Shown in pieces: positions 8,272 to 18,455 of a stretch of 26,634 nucleotides of DNA. The notes beneath the pieces were generated by a model that was not told the origin of the DNA, ran no database searches, and worked only from the letters and a program-made list of their open reading frames with translations. The stretch is taken from contig JBBIPC010000030.1 in the NCBI GenBank assembly GCA_037443035.1, positions 1 to 26,634 of the forward strand, written 5' to 3'. Made by a program: the position numbers and the translations under genes. Within the stretch, counting starts at the first letter, position 1. Every line of letters begins with the position of its first letter. This DNA comes from Chthonomonadales bacterium (GTDB lineage Bacteria; Armatimonadota; Chthonomonadetes; Chthonomonadales; CAJBBX01).

Positions 8272-11200
8272 ATGCACCCATTCGTCGAGACCATCGTATC
8301 CCACGATCCGTCCGTGCGTGACCGTTCCGTGGATGCCCTCTGCACCAACGCGACACTGCAGTACCTACGAGAAGGCACGGACGCCTTGGAGACGTTCCGC
8401 TGCGGCAGCGCTAGCCTCTACGAGCGTGTCCGGACCTGTGCCTTCCTCTACGCGGTGCACCGGTTCCATATCTCCGTCCACCCGGATACACCAGTCACGG
8501 GCCGGATCCCGTTCGAAGGCTTTCAACATGTCCTGGATAGGCGCTTCCCCGAAGCCATCGAGGCGTTCCTCGAGGTCCAACGGATGCAAGGGCTCAGTGC
8601 TCCCCTAAGCAGTGCCCTCGCAGTGGCGTACTACCGTCTGGCGTTTCAGACCTTGGCCGATCAGGTGCGCCGTAGCGTCCGCTCTGCTGTGGGCAACCGG
8701 TGGATGTTCCGCGTCGGTCATCCGCATGATCAACCCCTTCGCGTTCGTCCGGAGTTGCTGCGACGATCCGATCGGAACCAACTCTATCCCGTTCTTCGTG
8801 AGCAAACACCTGTGCGCATGGACCTGAGCCATTCCGGCTGGTCCGACATCTTTCTGCTGGCCATGGATTACCCCGAAGGCGCCCGGGTCCTCAACGTCTC
8901 GGTTGATCTGGCTGTGCGCGGGCGTGATCCTGCCCCGCGTCCACCTGTGGAAGCCTACTTCCGTGTCATCGACGCTCCCGTTATTCGGCTCGTCAGCGTG
9001 GATCTAGGGGCATCGGCGACTGTAACTGAGCTGCGTGAGATCTTCGATTTCGCCCGGGATTACCTCGGTCTGCTGAAAGCGGCCCTGATCGCGTCCGGTG
9101 TGGTACCTCCTGGTCTCGAGGGCTCGGAGCAGGCGCTGCGCGATGTGCTGGAGCACGTCGTTGGACCTGGCCTAGGGATCGAGCTGGTCAGTTGCGTCAA
9201 CGGTATACCGAAGGGCTCGCGGCTCGCTGTGTCCACCACACTGCTAGCAGCACTCATCGCCGCCTGCATGAGAGCCACTGGTCAGACAGCGACCTTCACG
9301 GGCCCTCTAGCGGAGCGTGATCGTCGTGTCGTAGCGGCGCGGGCCATCCTGGGCGAGTGGCTGGCAGGTTCCGGGGGTGGGTGGCAGGACTCCGGTGGTC
9401 TCTGGCCGGGCATCAAGCTCATCGAGGGGCAGGTGGCCACGGAAGGCGATCCCGAGTGGGGGATCAGCAAGGGACGCCTTCTCCCGGGTCACCGCATCCT
9501 CGCCGAGGATGTCGTTCCACGCACGGCCAGGGATCTGCTGGAGCGATCGCTTGTCTTGGTACATGGGGGCATGGCGCAGAACGTGGGCCCCATCCTCGAG
9601 ATGGTGACGGAGAAGTACCTACTCCGCTGCCCGGCTGAGTGGCGGGCGCGTCAGCAAGCTCGTCAGGTCTTCGACGAAATCGTTGAGCACCTGAGCAGGG
9701 GCGATGTGCGCAGTCTGGGTAAGGCTACCACGCGGAACTTCGATGGTCCCATTCAGACCATCATTCCTTGGGCTGGAAACCTCTACACAGAAGTCCTCCG
9801 TCGGCGCTGCCAGGAACAGTTCGGGGAGCGATTCTGGGGTTTCTGGATGCTGGGTGGGATGTCCGGAGGAGGAATGGGCTTCATCTTCGACCCAGCCGTC
9901 AAGCAAGAAGCGCAAGATGCCTTGCTGGACATTATGACCGCGACGAAGCGCACCCTGGAGGCGGCCCTACCGTTCGCCATGGATCCAGTCGTCTACGATT
10001 TCGCTATCAACCACAGCGGTACAATGGCGACGTACCTGACAGGGAACGAGGCGCTCATGCCTCGCGGCTACTACGCAACGACACTGCCCGCACTCATACG
10101 CTCGGGCGCTGACAGTCTCACGGAAGTACAGCGCGCCGAAGTCGCGGCGTTCAGCCGCGCATGTCGAGCTGGAGCAGCATTTCGTGGCGCCGCGGAAGAC
10201 GTGCTCGAGGGCACCCTTCCGGCTTTGCGGACAGAGGCTACCGCGGACGATCTCGAGGCTCTGCTGAGAGCCAACGGATTCGACCGCGAGGAACACGAGC
10301 AAATACGGGCAGACCTGCGACGAGGTCGCATCGGTATGGCACAGAACCGCCTTCCTGTGAACACCGACATACGCGACGTGGAACCTGAGGACGTGACGTA
10401 CCTATCTGCTGTGCCCCCGCAGGATCATGAACGGGGACTTACGGACCTCGAAGAAGGGCGCGTCGCAGTGGTGACACTCGCTGCCGGGCTCGGAACCCGT
10501 TGGACGCAAGGAGCCGGTGTTGTCAAAGCACTGCACCCCTTCGCCAGACTCGCCGGCGGGTATCGCAACTTCGTGGATGTCCACCTTGCGAAGACCCGTC
10601 GCGCAGCTCGTCGCTACGGCGCGGAGTTCGTCCACGTCTTCACCACGAGCTATCTTACCGACGAGCCGGTCCGGAACTATCTGACGCGGCATGCGCAGTA
10701 CAGCGCTTGCAGGATCTCACGCGGTAGATCGGTGGGTCTTCGACTAGTGCCCATGGTGCGAGACCTCCGCTTCGAGTGGGAAGAGAAGCCCCAGCAGATG
10801 CTCGACGAGCGAGCTCAGAAGGTCCGTGAGAGCCTGCATCAGTCGCTCATGGAGTGGGCGCGCAAGAGTGGTGAGGGGAGCGATTACACGGATAACATTC
10901 CGAGCCAATGCATTCACCCGGTGGGCCACTGGTACGAAGTGCCGAACATGCTGAAAAACGGGGTCCTAGCGGACATCCTCGAGGCCAACCCCGGGCTCCG
11001 TACACTCATGCTCCACAACATTGACACACTCGGAGCCGATCTCGACCCGGCCGCCCTGGGCGCACACCTGAGTTCCGGAAGCGTGCTGACCTTCGAAGTT
11101 ATCCCACGCTGGGTCGAGGATCGAGGTGGCGGTCTCGCTCGGGTGAATGGACGGCCCAGGCTGGTGGAAGGTCTCGCCATGCCGCGGGAGGAACAGGAGT

Positions 11201-11577
11201 TCGACCTGTCCTACTACAACTCCATGACCACATGGATAGATATTGACGGTCTTCTGGCGGCGTTCGGCCTGGATCGCACCAGTCTGCGCGACGAGGCGCG
11301 AGTCGCCGGAGCAGTGCGGGCCATGGCAGCCCGCATGCCGACGTACATCACCATCAAGGAGGTGAAGCGTCGCTGGGGGCTCGGGCAGGAGGACGTTTTC
11401 CCGGTAGCACAGTTCGAAAAGCTCTGGGGTGATATGACAGGTCTCCCTGATATGGCTTACAGCTTTCTCGTGGTGCCGAGGCTACGTGGCCAACAACTCA
11501 AGGACCAGGCGCAACTAGACGGATGGCTGCGCGACGGCTCGGCTGCCTATATCGAGGCGTTGGGGGACTGGACATGA
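8272..11577 (+). CDS. Fusion protein: N-terminal helical domain, GHMP (fucokinase-like) kinase, and UDPGP/UAP-family nucleotidyltransferase
   Basis: GHMP motifs PVRMDL..GWSD, IPKGSRLAVSTT, GSGGGWQD and LGGMSGGGMGF. UDPGP-type motifs LAAGLGTRW...VK, HPVGH, HNIDTL and QFEK. Confidence 0.82.
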   Translation: MHPFVETIVSHDPSVRDRSVDALCTNATLQYLREGTDALETFRCGSASLYERVRTCAFLYAVHRFHISVHPDTPVTGRIPFEGFQHVLDRRFPEAIEAFLEVQRMQGLSAPLSSALAVAYYRLAFQTLADQVRRSVRSAVGNRWMFRVGHPHDQPLRVRPELLRRSDRNQLYPVLREQTPVRMDLSHSGWSDIFLLAMDYPEGARVLNVSVDLAVRGRDPAPRPPVEAYFRVIDAPVIRLVSVDLGASATVTELREIFDFARDYLGLLKAALIASGVVPPGLEGSEQALRDVLEHVVGPGLGIELVSCVNGIPKGSRLAVSTTLLAALIAACMRATGQTATFTGPLAERDRRVVAARAILGEWLAGSGGGWQDSGGLWPGIKLIEGQVATEGDPEWGISKGRLLPGHRILAEDVVPRTARDLLERSLVLVHGGMAQNVGPILEMVTEKYLLRCPAEWRARQQARQVFDEIVEHLSRGDVRSLGKATTRNFDGPIQTIIPWAGNLYTEVLRRRCQEQFGERFWGFWMLGGMSGGGMGFIFDPAVKQEAQDALLDIMTATKRTLEAALPFAMDPVVYDFAINHSGTMATYLTGNEALMPRGYYATTLPALIRSGADSLTEVQRAEVAAFSRACRAGAAFRGAAEDVLEGTLPALRTEATADDLEALLRANGFDREEHEQIRADLRRGRIGMAQNRLPVNTDIRDVEPEDVTYLSAVPPQDHERGLTDLEEGRVAVVTLAAGLGTRWTQGAGVVKALHPFARLAGGYRNFVDVHLAKTRRAARRYGAEFVHVFTTSYLTDEPVRNYLTRHAQYSACRISRGRSVGLRLVPMVRDLRFEWEEKPQQMLDERAQKVRESLHQSLMEWARKSGEGSDYTDNIPSQCIHPVGHWYEVPNMLKNGVLADILEANPGLRTLMLHNIDTLGADLDPAALGAHLSSGSVLTFEVIPRWVEDRGGGLARVNGRPRLVEGLAMPREEQEFDLSYYNSMTTWIDIDGLLAAFGLDRTSLRDEARVAGAVRAMAARMPTYITIKEVKRRWGLGQEDVFPVAQFEKLWGDMTGLPDMAYSFLVVPRLRGQQLKDQAQLDGWLRDGSAAYIEALGDWT

Positions 11578-12059
11578 CCGCCATCTCCATTGGACAGCAA
11601 GCTCCCGATTTCACCCTCCCAGACTTTCGTGGCGATACCATCAGACTGTCCGCCTACCGTAGCGCCAGGAATGTGGTACTGGTGCTGAACCGGGGTCTTA
11701 TCTGCCCCTATTGCCGAAAGCACTTGCAGGAGCTGGCACGCCGATATGCCGAGTTTCAGGCAAGACAGACCGAGATCGTCGCAGTCGGCGTGGACTCAGC
11801 CCCAGCTTTCGAGCGCTTCTGGCTCGCTTGCGGCATCCCATTCATCGGCGTGCCCGATCCCGAGCGAAGGATGCTCCGCAAGTACGGCCAGCAAGTGAAA
11901 CTCCTGCGACTGGGCCGGTTGCCTGCAGTAGTGATCGTTGACCGCGACGGCGTGGTGCGCTGGATCCACTACGGAGGCTCCATGATGGACATACCGCCAG
12001 TCGAAGTGCTGCTGGAGCGCCTGGACGAGATGGCTGACAAGACGGCTGCGAGCGATTGA
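11574..12059 (+). CDS. AhpC/TSA peroxiredoxin-like (redoxin) protein with CxxC
   Basis: ATGA overlap with the upstream stop. Contains IGQQAPDFTLPD, CPYC and PAVVIVDRDGVVRW. Confidence 0.88.
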   Translation: MTAISIGQQAPDFTLPDFRGDTIRLSAYRSARNVVLVLNRGLICPYCRKHLQELARRYAEFQARQTEIVAVGVDSAPAFERFWLACGIPFIGVPDPERRMLRKYGQQVKLLRLGRLPAVVIVDRDGVVRWIHYGGSMMDIPPVEVLLERLDEMADKTAASD

Positions 12060-13312
12060 TGGCGTCCATGGTGTCTATCTCATGCCAGCCGCTGCTCGAC
12101 GCCCCCGTCGTCATGGTGATTGCTGTCACCACGGCGCTATTCGCAGGGGCGAAGCCACCCCTAGACCGCACGTCGAATCCGTGGTCCATGATGGAGCTGT
12201 CCAGGCCTCCTCAAAGCTATCCCGCGCCAGGCTTCGAGGAGGACGGTGTCCAGGCCGTGTTCTACGAAGGACCACCTTACAGGGGGAAGCCGACCCGCAT
12301 CTTCGCCTACATGGGCTTCCCCAAGCTCGAGCCTGGTCGGAAAGCCCCCGGCATCGTTCTCGTGCACGGCGGCGGCGGCACTGCCTTCGCTGGCTGGGTG
12401 CGTCTGTGGAACGAGCGGGGCTACGCGGCGATCGCCATGGATACCTGTGGCTGTGTGCCGCGGGGATCCTACGGCGCGTGGCAGCGGCACCCTGACGGAG
12501 GACCTCCAGGTTGGGGTGGCTTCGACCAAATCGATTGGCCGCAGAAAGATCAGTGGACGTATCATGCAGTCGCCGCTGCCATTCTGGGTCACTCGCTGCT
12601 ACGTGCCCAGCCGCAGGTAGATGCGAAGCGCATCGGACTGACGGGCATCTCATGGGGCGGTTATCTTACCTGCATCGTCGCTGGTGTGGATCACCGCTTC
12701 CGCTTCGCTGTGCCGGTCTACGGGTGCGGGTTCACCAACGAGACCTTCTTCGCCCCTGCACTGAGGGCCCTTGGCACCGAACGGGCCGAGCGATGGATGC
12801 GCTGGTGGGATCCCTCTGTCTACTTGCCCAACGTGCGGATACCCATGCTGTGGGTTACCGGTAGTAACGATTTCGCCTACACGTTCAACGCGCTGCAGAA
12901 GTCCTACCGCCTTCCCAGGTCGCCACGAACTCTGGCCATCCGGCTGCGCATGCCCCATGGACACGGTCCCGCAGGCGAAGCCCCTAAGGAGATCTGGGAC
13001 TTCGCAGACAGTATCGTGGCCGGCGGCGTACCTCTTACCCGCATTACGGGACAGGGGCGTACGGGCAACTCCGTCTGGGCGACGTACCGGACGCCAAGGG
13101 ACATTGTACGTGCCGAGCTGAATATCACACGTGACCGAGGTCCGTGGCCGGACAGGGTCTGGGAAGCTATGCCGGCAAGTGTCTCGCAAGGTCGCGTCGA
13201 GGCGGAACTGCCCGAAGGTGTCACGGTGTACTACCTGAATCTCTTCGATGACCGTGACTGTGTCGTGAGCACCGAACACGAGGAGATCGTCGCGGACACT
13301 AAGCTCCGATGA
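12059..13312 (+). CDS. Alpha/beta-fold serine hydrolase (acetyl-xylan-esterase/dienelactone-hydrolase-like), possibly secreted
   Basis: TGATG overlap with the upstream stop (a later ATG is also possible). Contains VLVHGGGG, the nucleophile elbow GISWGG, and candidate Asp (GSND) and His (PHGH) residues. Confidence 0.85.
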   Translation: MASMVSISCQPLLDAPVVMVIAVTTALFAGAKPPLDRTSNPWSMMELSRPPQSYPAPGFEEDGVQAVFYEGPPYRGKPTRIFAYMGFPKLEPGRKAPGIVLVHGGGGTAFAGWVRLWNERGYAAIAMDTCGCVPRGSYGAWQRHPDGGPPGWGGFDQIDWPQKDQWTYHAVAAAILGHSLLRAQPQVDAKRIGLTGISWGGYLTCIVAGVDHRFRFAVPVYGCGFTNETFFAPALRALGTERAERWMRWWDPSVYLPNVRIPMLWVTGSNDFAYTFNALQKSYRLPRSPRTLAIRLRMPHGHGPAGEAPKEIWDFADSIVAGGVPLTRITGQGRTGNSVWATYRTPRDIVRAELNITRDRGPWPDRVWEAMPASVSQGRVEAELPEGVTVYYLNLFDDRDCVVSTEHEEIVADTKLR

Positions 13313-13519
13313 TCGTCGTGTGCAGGGCATTGGCGAGAGCTGAGGAAAGCCTGGCTGGAACGTACCAGACCTCCGTCGTTCCAGCACCCGAGAGAGCACC
13401 GTACTCGACGCGGACCGATGACGAGCTGAGTATCAGACACAATGGACAGCGGGCTACAGGCCCGTGCAGCTCACCATCTCCTGCGGCACCACCATCCCCT
13501 GGTGGTGTCCATGATCGCA

Positions 13520-15649
13520 TCACTTGCTCAACGGCCCCTCGTTCCCTGACCTGTCCACGGCAGCGACAGCGTACCGGGCGTGGAGAGGAGCGCCGCGGTC
13601 CAGCACGCTGGTTCCCACCGTGGAGCGAATCTGCTGCTTTCTTGCACCTTCCAGTCGGTAGACACGATAGTAACACAGGTCTTGCGTCCCCAGGGGATCC
13701 CACGCGATTCTATTGTCGCCGCCCTCACGCTCGACGCGCACATGACGAACCGCGGAAGGTGGAATGTCGTCGTAGGCGGTTGTGTAGACAGTCAGAGATC
13801 CCGGCAGCACGGTATCCGCCAGGGCGCCCTTCTTCATCGCCACGACTCCTACTGGACCCGGCAGGTCGCCGAAGGGATGATGGTGGACGTTGGCAGGGTC
13901 GTACACGTACTTGCGGAAGCGGGCGTCTGCCGCACCGTGCAGGCGAAGCTGCACTGGCACTGGGTTCTTGTTGCGGTTTACGACAGCGATGCTCCACGTC
14001 TTCCCGCGATGGTGTTGCACCGCGGCCGCCCTCAAGCGCGGGTCATCGGAGGTGACCCGAACGGCTGCCGCTGGTCCGCGGAGATACCGAGTCAGAAGGG
14101 CGTAACCGTAGTAGATGGCCCGTGTAGAGCGGTCTTCGCCTGAGCATCGGAACGTGCCCCACTTGTTCACGTAGCCGGGAGCGAAGTCGTCCGGCAAGTC
14201 CATGAACGTCCAATAACCCATGCCATAGACGCCCGCGTTCACCGCTGCGATCACGGCTTCCGCAAGTTGGATGGTCACAAGAGGTTCCTGGGGCGTCTCG
14301 AAGAACACACACCGGTCCTGCCGGACTCCGTCAATAGTTCTACCGTCCTGCCGCGCACCGAACTCCCCCAGGATGAAATCCTTACCGCGCCGGCGTGCGA
14401 CGGCCACAACATCCTGCAGCTTCTGTAGCCACCAGGGATAGAATCTCTCATCGTCGGGTGGATGATTGTTGAAGTAGTGATGGCCGCCATAGATTGCCGT
14501 GATTTCGTCCATGTTATCGGCTGCCCACTGGATCGTGTGCCAGTACTCCACTGGTGAAGCATCGGTTGCGAGCAGCCCCACGGCAATCCTGCGCCTCTGT
14601 AGCTCCTCGTGAAGCGCACGGTGATACTGTCTGAAGCGGGACAGATTGTTGACCAATCGTCCCCATCCTCCCAGAGACAGCTCGTTCGTCATGCAGTAGG
14701 TACGCAGGTTCGTGATACCTCTCGTGCGGGTGTAGAACTCGAGATTGTCGGCCACGCGTTGCGCCCACTTCTGCAGCTCTTCTGGAGTCTCGACGTCAGG
14801 AGGATTCCACGTTGTCAGGTAGATCTCGGTCCCTGTCTCCTTCATCCTCGCCATGTGAGAGGCAATCCGCTCCATCATGGGCTTATCGTAGTCATAGTTG
14901 TCATTCATCCGCACGAAGGAGGGGTTCATCTCGCGCCAGCGCTTGTAAACGACTTCGTCGAGTTCTTCGTCGCTTGCGACGAAGATGTGATGAAAGGCAT
15001 GGAAGCCGACGCCCGCGAAGCGCGGCTGGACTACGCTCGAAGGGTCTATGTCAATGTGCCGTACCCGGTCGCCCAGATCCGGCCATGGGGTCAGGCGTGC
15101 CGTTCTCGTCAGAGACGGGCCGACGAACCACGCCGCCCCATGTGCATGGAGGATCAGGCTGAGACGGACACAAGCTGTACCCACTGGAGCTGCCCCTGAC
15201 GCTTCGAGCTTCTCCCAGCCGTGCATCCCGTTTTCCTTGGACGACCGACTGTGCGCGATGCCGGCCCGGGATCCATCCGCTGCTACGAACTCGAGAGCCA
15301 TATAGGCACCCGGATCTTGGTCCACGCCCTCAGCTCGAACCCAGACGGATGCCGCGAATTCGTCGCCTGCGCGGATGTCGTCGCGGAAGTCTCGACGAAG
15401 TTGCTGGTACGCCAGCGGGCTTCCTTCTGGGACGCGAATCCTCGCAGAGACGCGTCCCTGGTACTGCGCGGCAGGGTCGGCGTCGAACTCGGCTCTGCCG
15501 ACTCGCTCCCAACCCGCTAGATCTGCAGCAAAGGAAGCCGTTTCGAGCAGCACCTCCTTCGCCTGTCCTCCATCCGTGCTGTGCAGGATGCCTAGTCCAA
15601 GGAGTCCGAAGGCCAGCACTGCTGGTGTGGCAACGTAGATGCTGTGCAT
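13520..15649 (-). CDS. Secreted glycoside hydrolase (clan GH-A-like TIM barrel) with an N-terminal CBM-like domain and a C-terminal Fn3-like domain
   Basis: Hydrophobic signal from ATG 15649. Has a CBM4/9-like segment, the candidate acid/base motif MTNE and nucleophile LGEFG, a beta-sandwich (IAVVNR...LPGSLTVY), and an Fn3 end (YRVYR...AVDRSGNE). Confidence 0.72.
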   Translation of the reverse strand: MHSIYVATPAVLAFGLLGLGILHSTDGGQAKEVLLETASFAADLAGWERVGRAEFDADPAAQYQGRVSARIRVPEGSPLAYQQLRRDFRDDIRAGDEFAASVWVRAEGVDQDPGAYMALEFVAADGSRAGIAHSRSSKENGMHGWEKLEASGAAPVGTACVRLSLILHAHGAAWFVGPSLTRTARLTPWPDLGDRVRHIDIDPSSVVQPRFAGVGFHAFHHIFVASDEELDEVVYKRWREMNPSFVRMNDNYDYDKPMMERIASHMARMKETGTEIYLTTWNPPDVETPEELQKWAQRVADNLEFYTRTRGITNLRTYCMTNELSLGGWGRLVNNLSRFRQYHRALHEELQRRRIAVGLLATDASPVEYWHTIQWAADNMDEITAIYGGHHYFNNHPPDDERFYPWWLQKLQDVVAVARRRGKDFILGEFGARQDGRTIDGVRQDRCVFFETPQEPLVTIQLAEAVIAAVNAGVYGMGYWTFMDLPDDFAPGYVNKWGTFRCSGEDRSTRAIYYGYALLTRYLRGPAAAVRVTSDDPRLRAAAVQHHRGKTWSIAVVNRNKNPVPVQLRLHGAADARFRKYVYDPANVHHHPFGDLPGPVGVVAMKKGALADTVLPGSLTVYTTAYDDIPPSAVRHVRVEREGGDNRIAWDPLGTQDLCYYRVYRLEGARKQQIRSTVGTSVLDRGAPLHARYAVAAVDRSGNEGPLSK

Positions 15650-15837
15650 TAGCTTTCCCCTTCCTGCTAAGCCCCTATCTAGCCAGCATGTTCGAGTCTT
15701 CGTTGCGCCCGAACACCCACTGGCCTCCACCCGTCCGAAGTGTTACGCATCATGGTACCGCGTCCTAGTGCGAGGCAGGGAACATGCAGAACCGCACCGA
15801 AGCGAATCACGCGACCGATCCGTGTAGGAGGAAGTGC

Positions 15838-17382
15838 ATGATATCCGCAGTGCTCGTTCTGGCAGCTGCCACCGGAGTACCGCCGCGAGCCATCCCTCCG
15901 CCAGCCATCCCCAAGGCGGATATGCTGGTGGGCGCCTATTACTTTCCGGGATGGTGCCAACCGGAGCGTTGGTATTGCATGCTCGCTAACCGCAAGGTCC
16001 TACACCCGCTTCTCGGTTATTACCGCGAAGGAGACCCAGAGGTGGCAGACTGGCACATCAAGTGGGCCTCCGAGCATGGCGTGGGGTTCTTCGCATTCGA
16101 CTACTACACACATCATGGGTCGCAGATGTTGGAGTCGGCCCTGGACGGCTTTCTCAGGTCGCGATTCGTCAACAGCATGAAGTTCTGCCTGAACTGGTGT
16201 AACCACGCACCGGCGGCAACCATGACTGCCGAACACTTGGCGGAATTCGCGGACCTCGTCGTTCCCAAGTACCTCAAGCATCCGTCCTACCTTTGGGTAG
16301 ACGGCAAGCCGCTCGTCATCATTCTCTCTGGTTACAGCTTCGTCAAGACGCTGGGGGTGGACGGCGCGCGCAGGGCGTTCGCGGACTTCGACCGAAGGTG
16401 CCGCGAAGCTGGCCTCCCGGGCGTTCACATCATGTCCTGTGAGGGAGAGATCGTGGGTGAACAGGCGGTGAAGGACTCCCTCGCAGCGGGCATTCGCGGA
16501 TTCGTCCTCTACAACTACCCCTACGCAGGAACGGACATGAACGGGCCTGGCCGGTACGCTGAGGCCACCTATGAACACATGAACGCCATGGGCGAGAGTC
16601 TCTGGAAACACTGGCAACGTCTCACGAGTGGCCGTTTCTGGCCTACGGTGATGCCAGGATGGGATCGGCGCCCCTGGCTCAGGGACAACGATCTCGTCCG
16701 AACCGGCAGCACGCCAGCGCTGTTCGAGCGCGTTCTCCGGCGGGCTCGTGACTATGTCAACAACGATCGGATCGTCATGATCGAAGCCTGGAACGAATGG
16801 GGCGAGGGCAGCATCTTGGAACCATCCGTCGAGCATCGCTTCGCTTACCTCGATGCGGTCCGCGCCATCTTCTGTCCCGGTGCGGGCTCGCATCGAGACC
16901 TCACTCCAACAGATCTCGGTCGGCGGGCACCATCCTTCGACATTCGGTTGCCGATGCTCCACGAATGGCGCTTCGATTTTGGCACGCAGGGCTGGAGCGG
17001 CAGCGGAGTGGCTGATGTGCGCGAAGAGAACGGCACACTCACGTTCCGCACCACCACAACGGACCCCCTAATTGCGTCGCCACCCAACTACATCGAATGC
17101 TCACAGTTCCCGCGCGTACGGATACGAATGAAAGCGCTGGGACCAGAAGGAAGCCCTCCGTCGTGCACCGCCCAGCTCTTCTGGTCCACGGTGGAATACG
17201 CCATGCGGGAAGATACGAGCATCGCTTTCTCCGTGCTCTTGGACGGACGTTGGCACACATACGAACTGGATCTCACGGCCGCTCGGAAGTGGACCGGTAT
17301 GGCGGACGCGATCCGACTGGATCCTGCGGACAGGCCAGGTATTCAAGTGGCAATTGACGAAATCGTCTTCGATACTCGCTAG
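15838..17382 (+). CDS. GH99-like / WbsX-family TIM-barrel protein with a C-terminal CBM-like domain
   Basis: AGGAGG RBS before ATG 15838 and a signal-like N-terminus. Contains GAYYFPGW, PLLGYY, FCLNWCNH, YLWVDGKP, MPGWDRRPW and AWNEWGEG..LEP. Confidence 0.85.
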   Translation: MISAVLVLAAATGVPPRAIPPPAIPKADMLVGAYYFPGWCQPERWYCMLANRKVLHPLLGYYREGDPEVADWHIKWASEHGVGFFAFDYYTHHGSQMLESALDGFLRSRFVNSMKFCLNWCNHAPAATMTAEHLAEFADLVVPKYLKHPSYLWVDGKPLVIILSGYSFVKTLGVDGARRAFADFDRRCREAGLPGVHIMSCEGEIVGEQAVKDSLAAGIRGFVLYNYPYAGTDMNGPGRYAEATYEHMNAMGESLWKHWQRLTSGRFWPTVMPGWDRRPWLRDNDLVRTGSTPALFERVLRRARDYVNNDRIVMIEAWNEWGEGSILEPSVEHRFAYLDAVRAIFCPGAGSHRDLTPTDLGRRAPSFDIRLPMLHEWRFDFGTQGWSGSGVADVREENGTLTFRTTTTDPLIASPPNYIECSQFPRVRIRMKALGPEGSPPSCTAQLFWSTVEYAMREDTSIAFSVLLDGRWHTYELDLTAARKWTGMADAIRLDPADRPGIQVAIDEIVFDTR

Positions 17383-17428
17383 GTATCACCTGGTGAGACC
17401 GACACGTTCTGGGGAGGAGTGTGCAAGT

Positions 17429-18388
17429 ATGGAGACCGCTGCTGGTTTGACCCGACGCGAGTTGCTGAAAACGACGGCGGCAGCAGCCGGTGTGGCCGGG
17501 CTAGCCGACACGCTGCAGCAAAGCGTCGCACAGCCTGAGCCGATCCCATCCGGCCGCATAGGCAACGTTCGGATCGGTCGCATGCTCCTGGGTGGCAATC
17601 TGATTGGAGGCTGGATGCACTGCCGCGACCTCAAGTACGTGCACCAGCTCTTTCGCGCCTATTGCACAGAAGCGAAGATTATGGAGACCATCGCGCTGGC
17701 GGAACGACACGGGATCAACACGGTGTTCGAGACCGGCGGCGAGTTCGTGAACCGCCACAACCGCCAGAACGGCGGCAAGATGCAGTTCATCCCTCATATC
17801 GAAGTAGATGCCGACCGATCGGAACAGGCACTGAAGGATCACATCGAGGCGCAGGTGGATACGGGAGCGGTAGCGCTCTACGTTTGGGGCGTGTCGTCGG
17901 ATCGGCTTGTCTACACAGGAAACAGCGCGAAGCTTGCCAGGGCCGTGGAGCTGGCAAAGGCACACGGGCTCCCAGTGGGCGTAGGGACTCATTCCCTCAC
18001 GGTCATCAAGGAATGCGAGCGACATCGGGCTCCGGTGGACTTCTACGTGAAGACGCTCCATCGCGACGATTACCCGACGGCGACACCGAAAGAGAAGCGC
18101 AGGGATTTCATGTGGATGACCGGTGAAGGCGGCTACTTCGACAACATGTGGTGCATTGACGCGGAAGAGACCATCGTCTACATGCAGTCCATTGCAAAAC
18201 CGTGGATCGCCTTCAAGGTGCTGGCGGCTGGCGCGTACCTGCCTCGCGACGGATTCAGGTACGCCTTCCAGAACGGCGCGGACTTCATCGCGGTAGGAAT
18301 GTTCGATTTCCAGATTGCCGACAACTGCGAGGTTCTGAAGCGGGCTGTCGCAGATAGCCGCAACCGTCCGAGAAAGTGGTACGGTTAG
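17429..18388 (+). CDS. Tat-exported aldo-keto-reductase-like TIM-barrel protein of unknown function
   Basis: GGAGGAG RBS and LTRRELLK twin-arginine motif. Contains RMLLGGN, GVGTH and KPWIAFKVLAAG...VGMF. Confidence 0.65.
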   Translation: METAAGLTRRELLKTTAAAAGVAGLADTLQQSVAQPEPIPSGRIGNVRIGRMLLGGNLIGGWMHCRDLKYVHQLFRAYCTEAKIMETIALAERHGINTVFETGGEFVNRHNRQNGGKMQFIPHIEVDADRSEQALKDHIEAQVDTGAVALYVWGVSSDRLVYTGNSAKLARAVELAKAHGLPVGVGTHSLTVIKECERHRAPVDFYVKTLHRDDYPTATPKEKRRDFMWMTGEGGYFDNMWCIDAEETIVYMQSIAKPWIAFKVLAAGAYLPRDGFRYAFQNGADFIAVGMFDFQIADNCEVLKRAVADSRNRPRKWYG

Positions 18389-18455
18389 CTCGCCGCGGAC
18401 GAGTCTGCGGACCGTGCCACGCCGTGTCTTGGCATTCGTTCGGCACGTATCTTCA

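Noticed and set aside
11574..12059. Selenocysteine recoding in the redoxin
   Set aside because: Both CxxC codons are TGC and there is no in-frame TGA.
13354..13385. Hairpin GCTGGAACG-N14-CGTTCCAGC as a terminator
   Set aside because: It has a large loop and no U-tract, so it is too weak to call.
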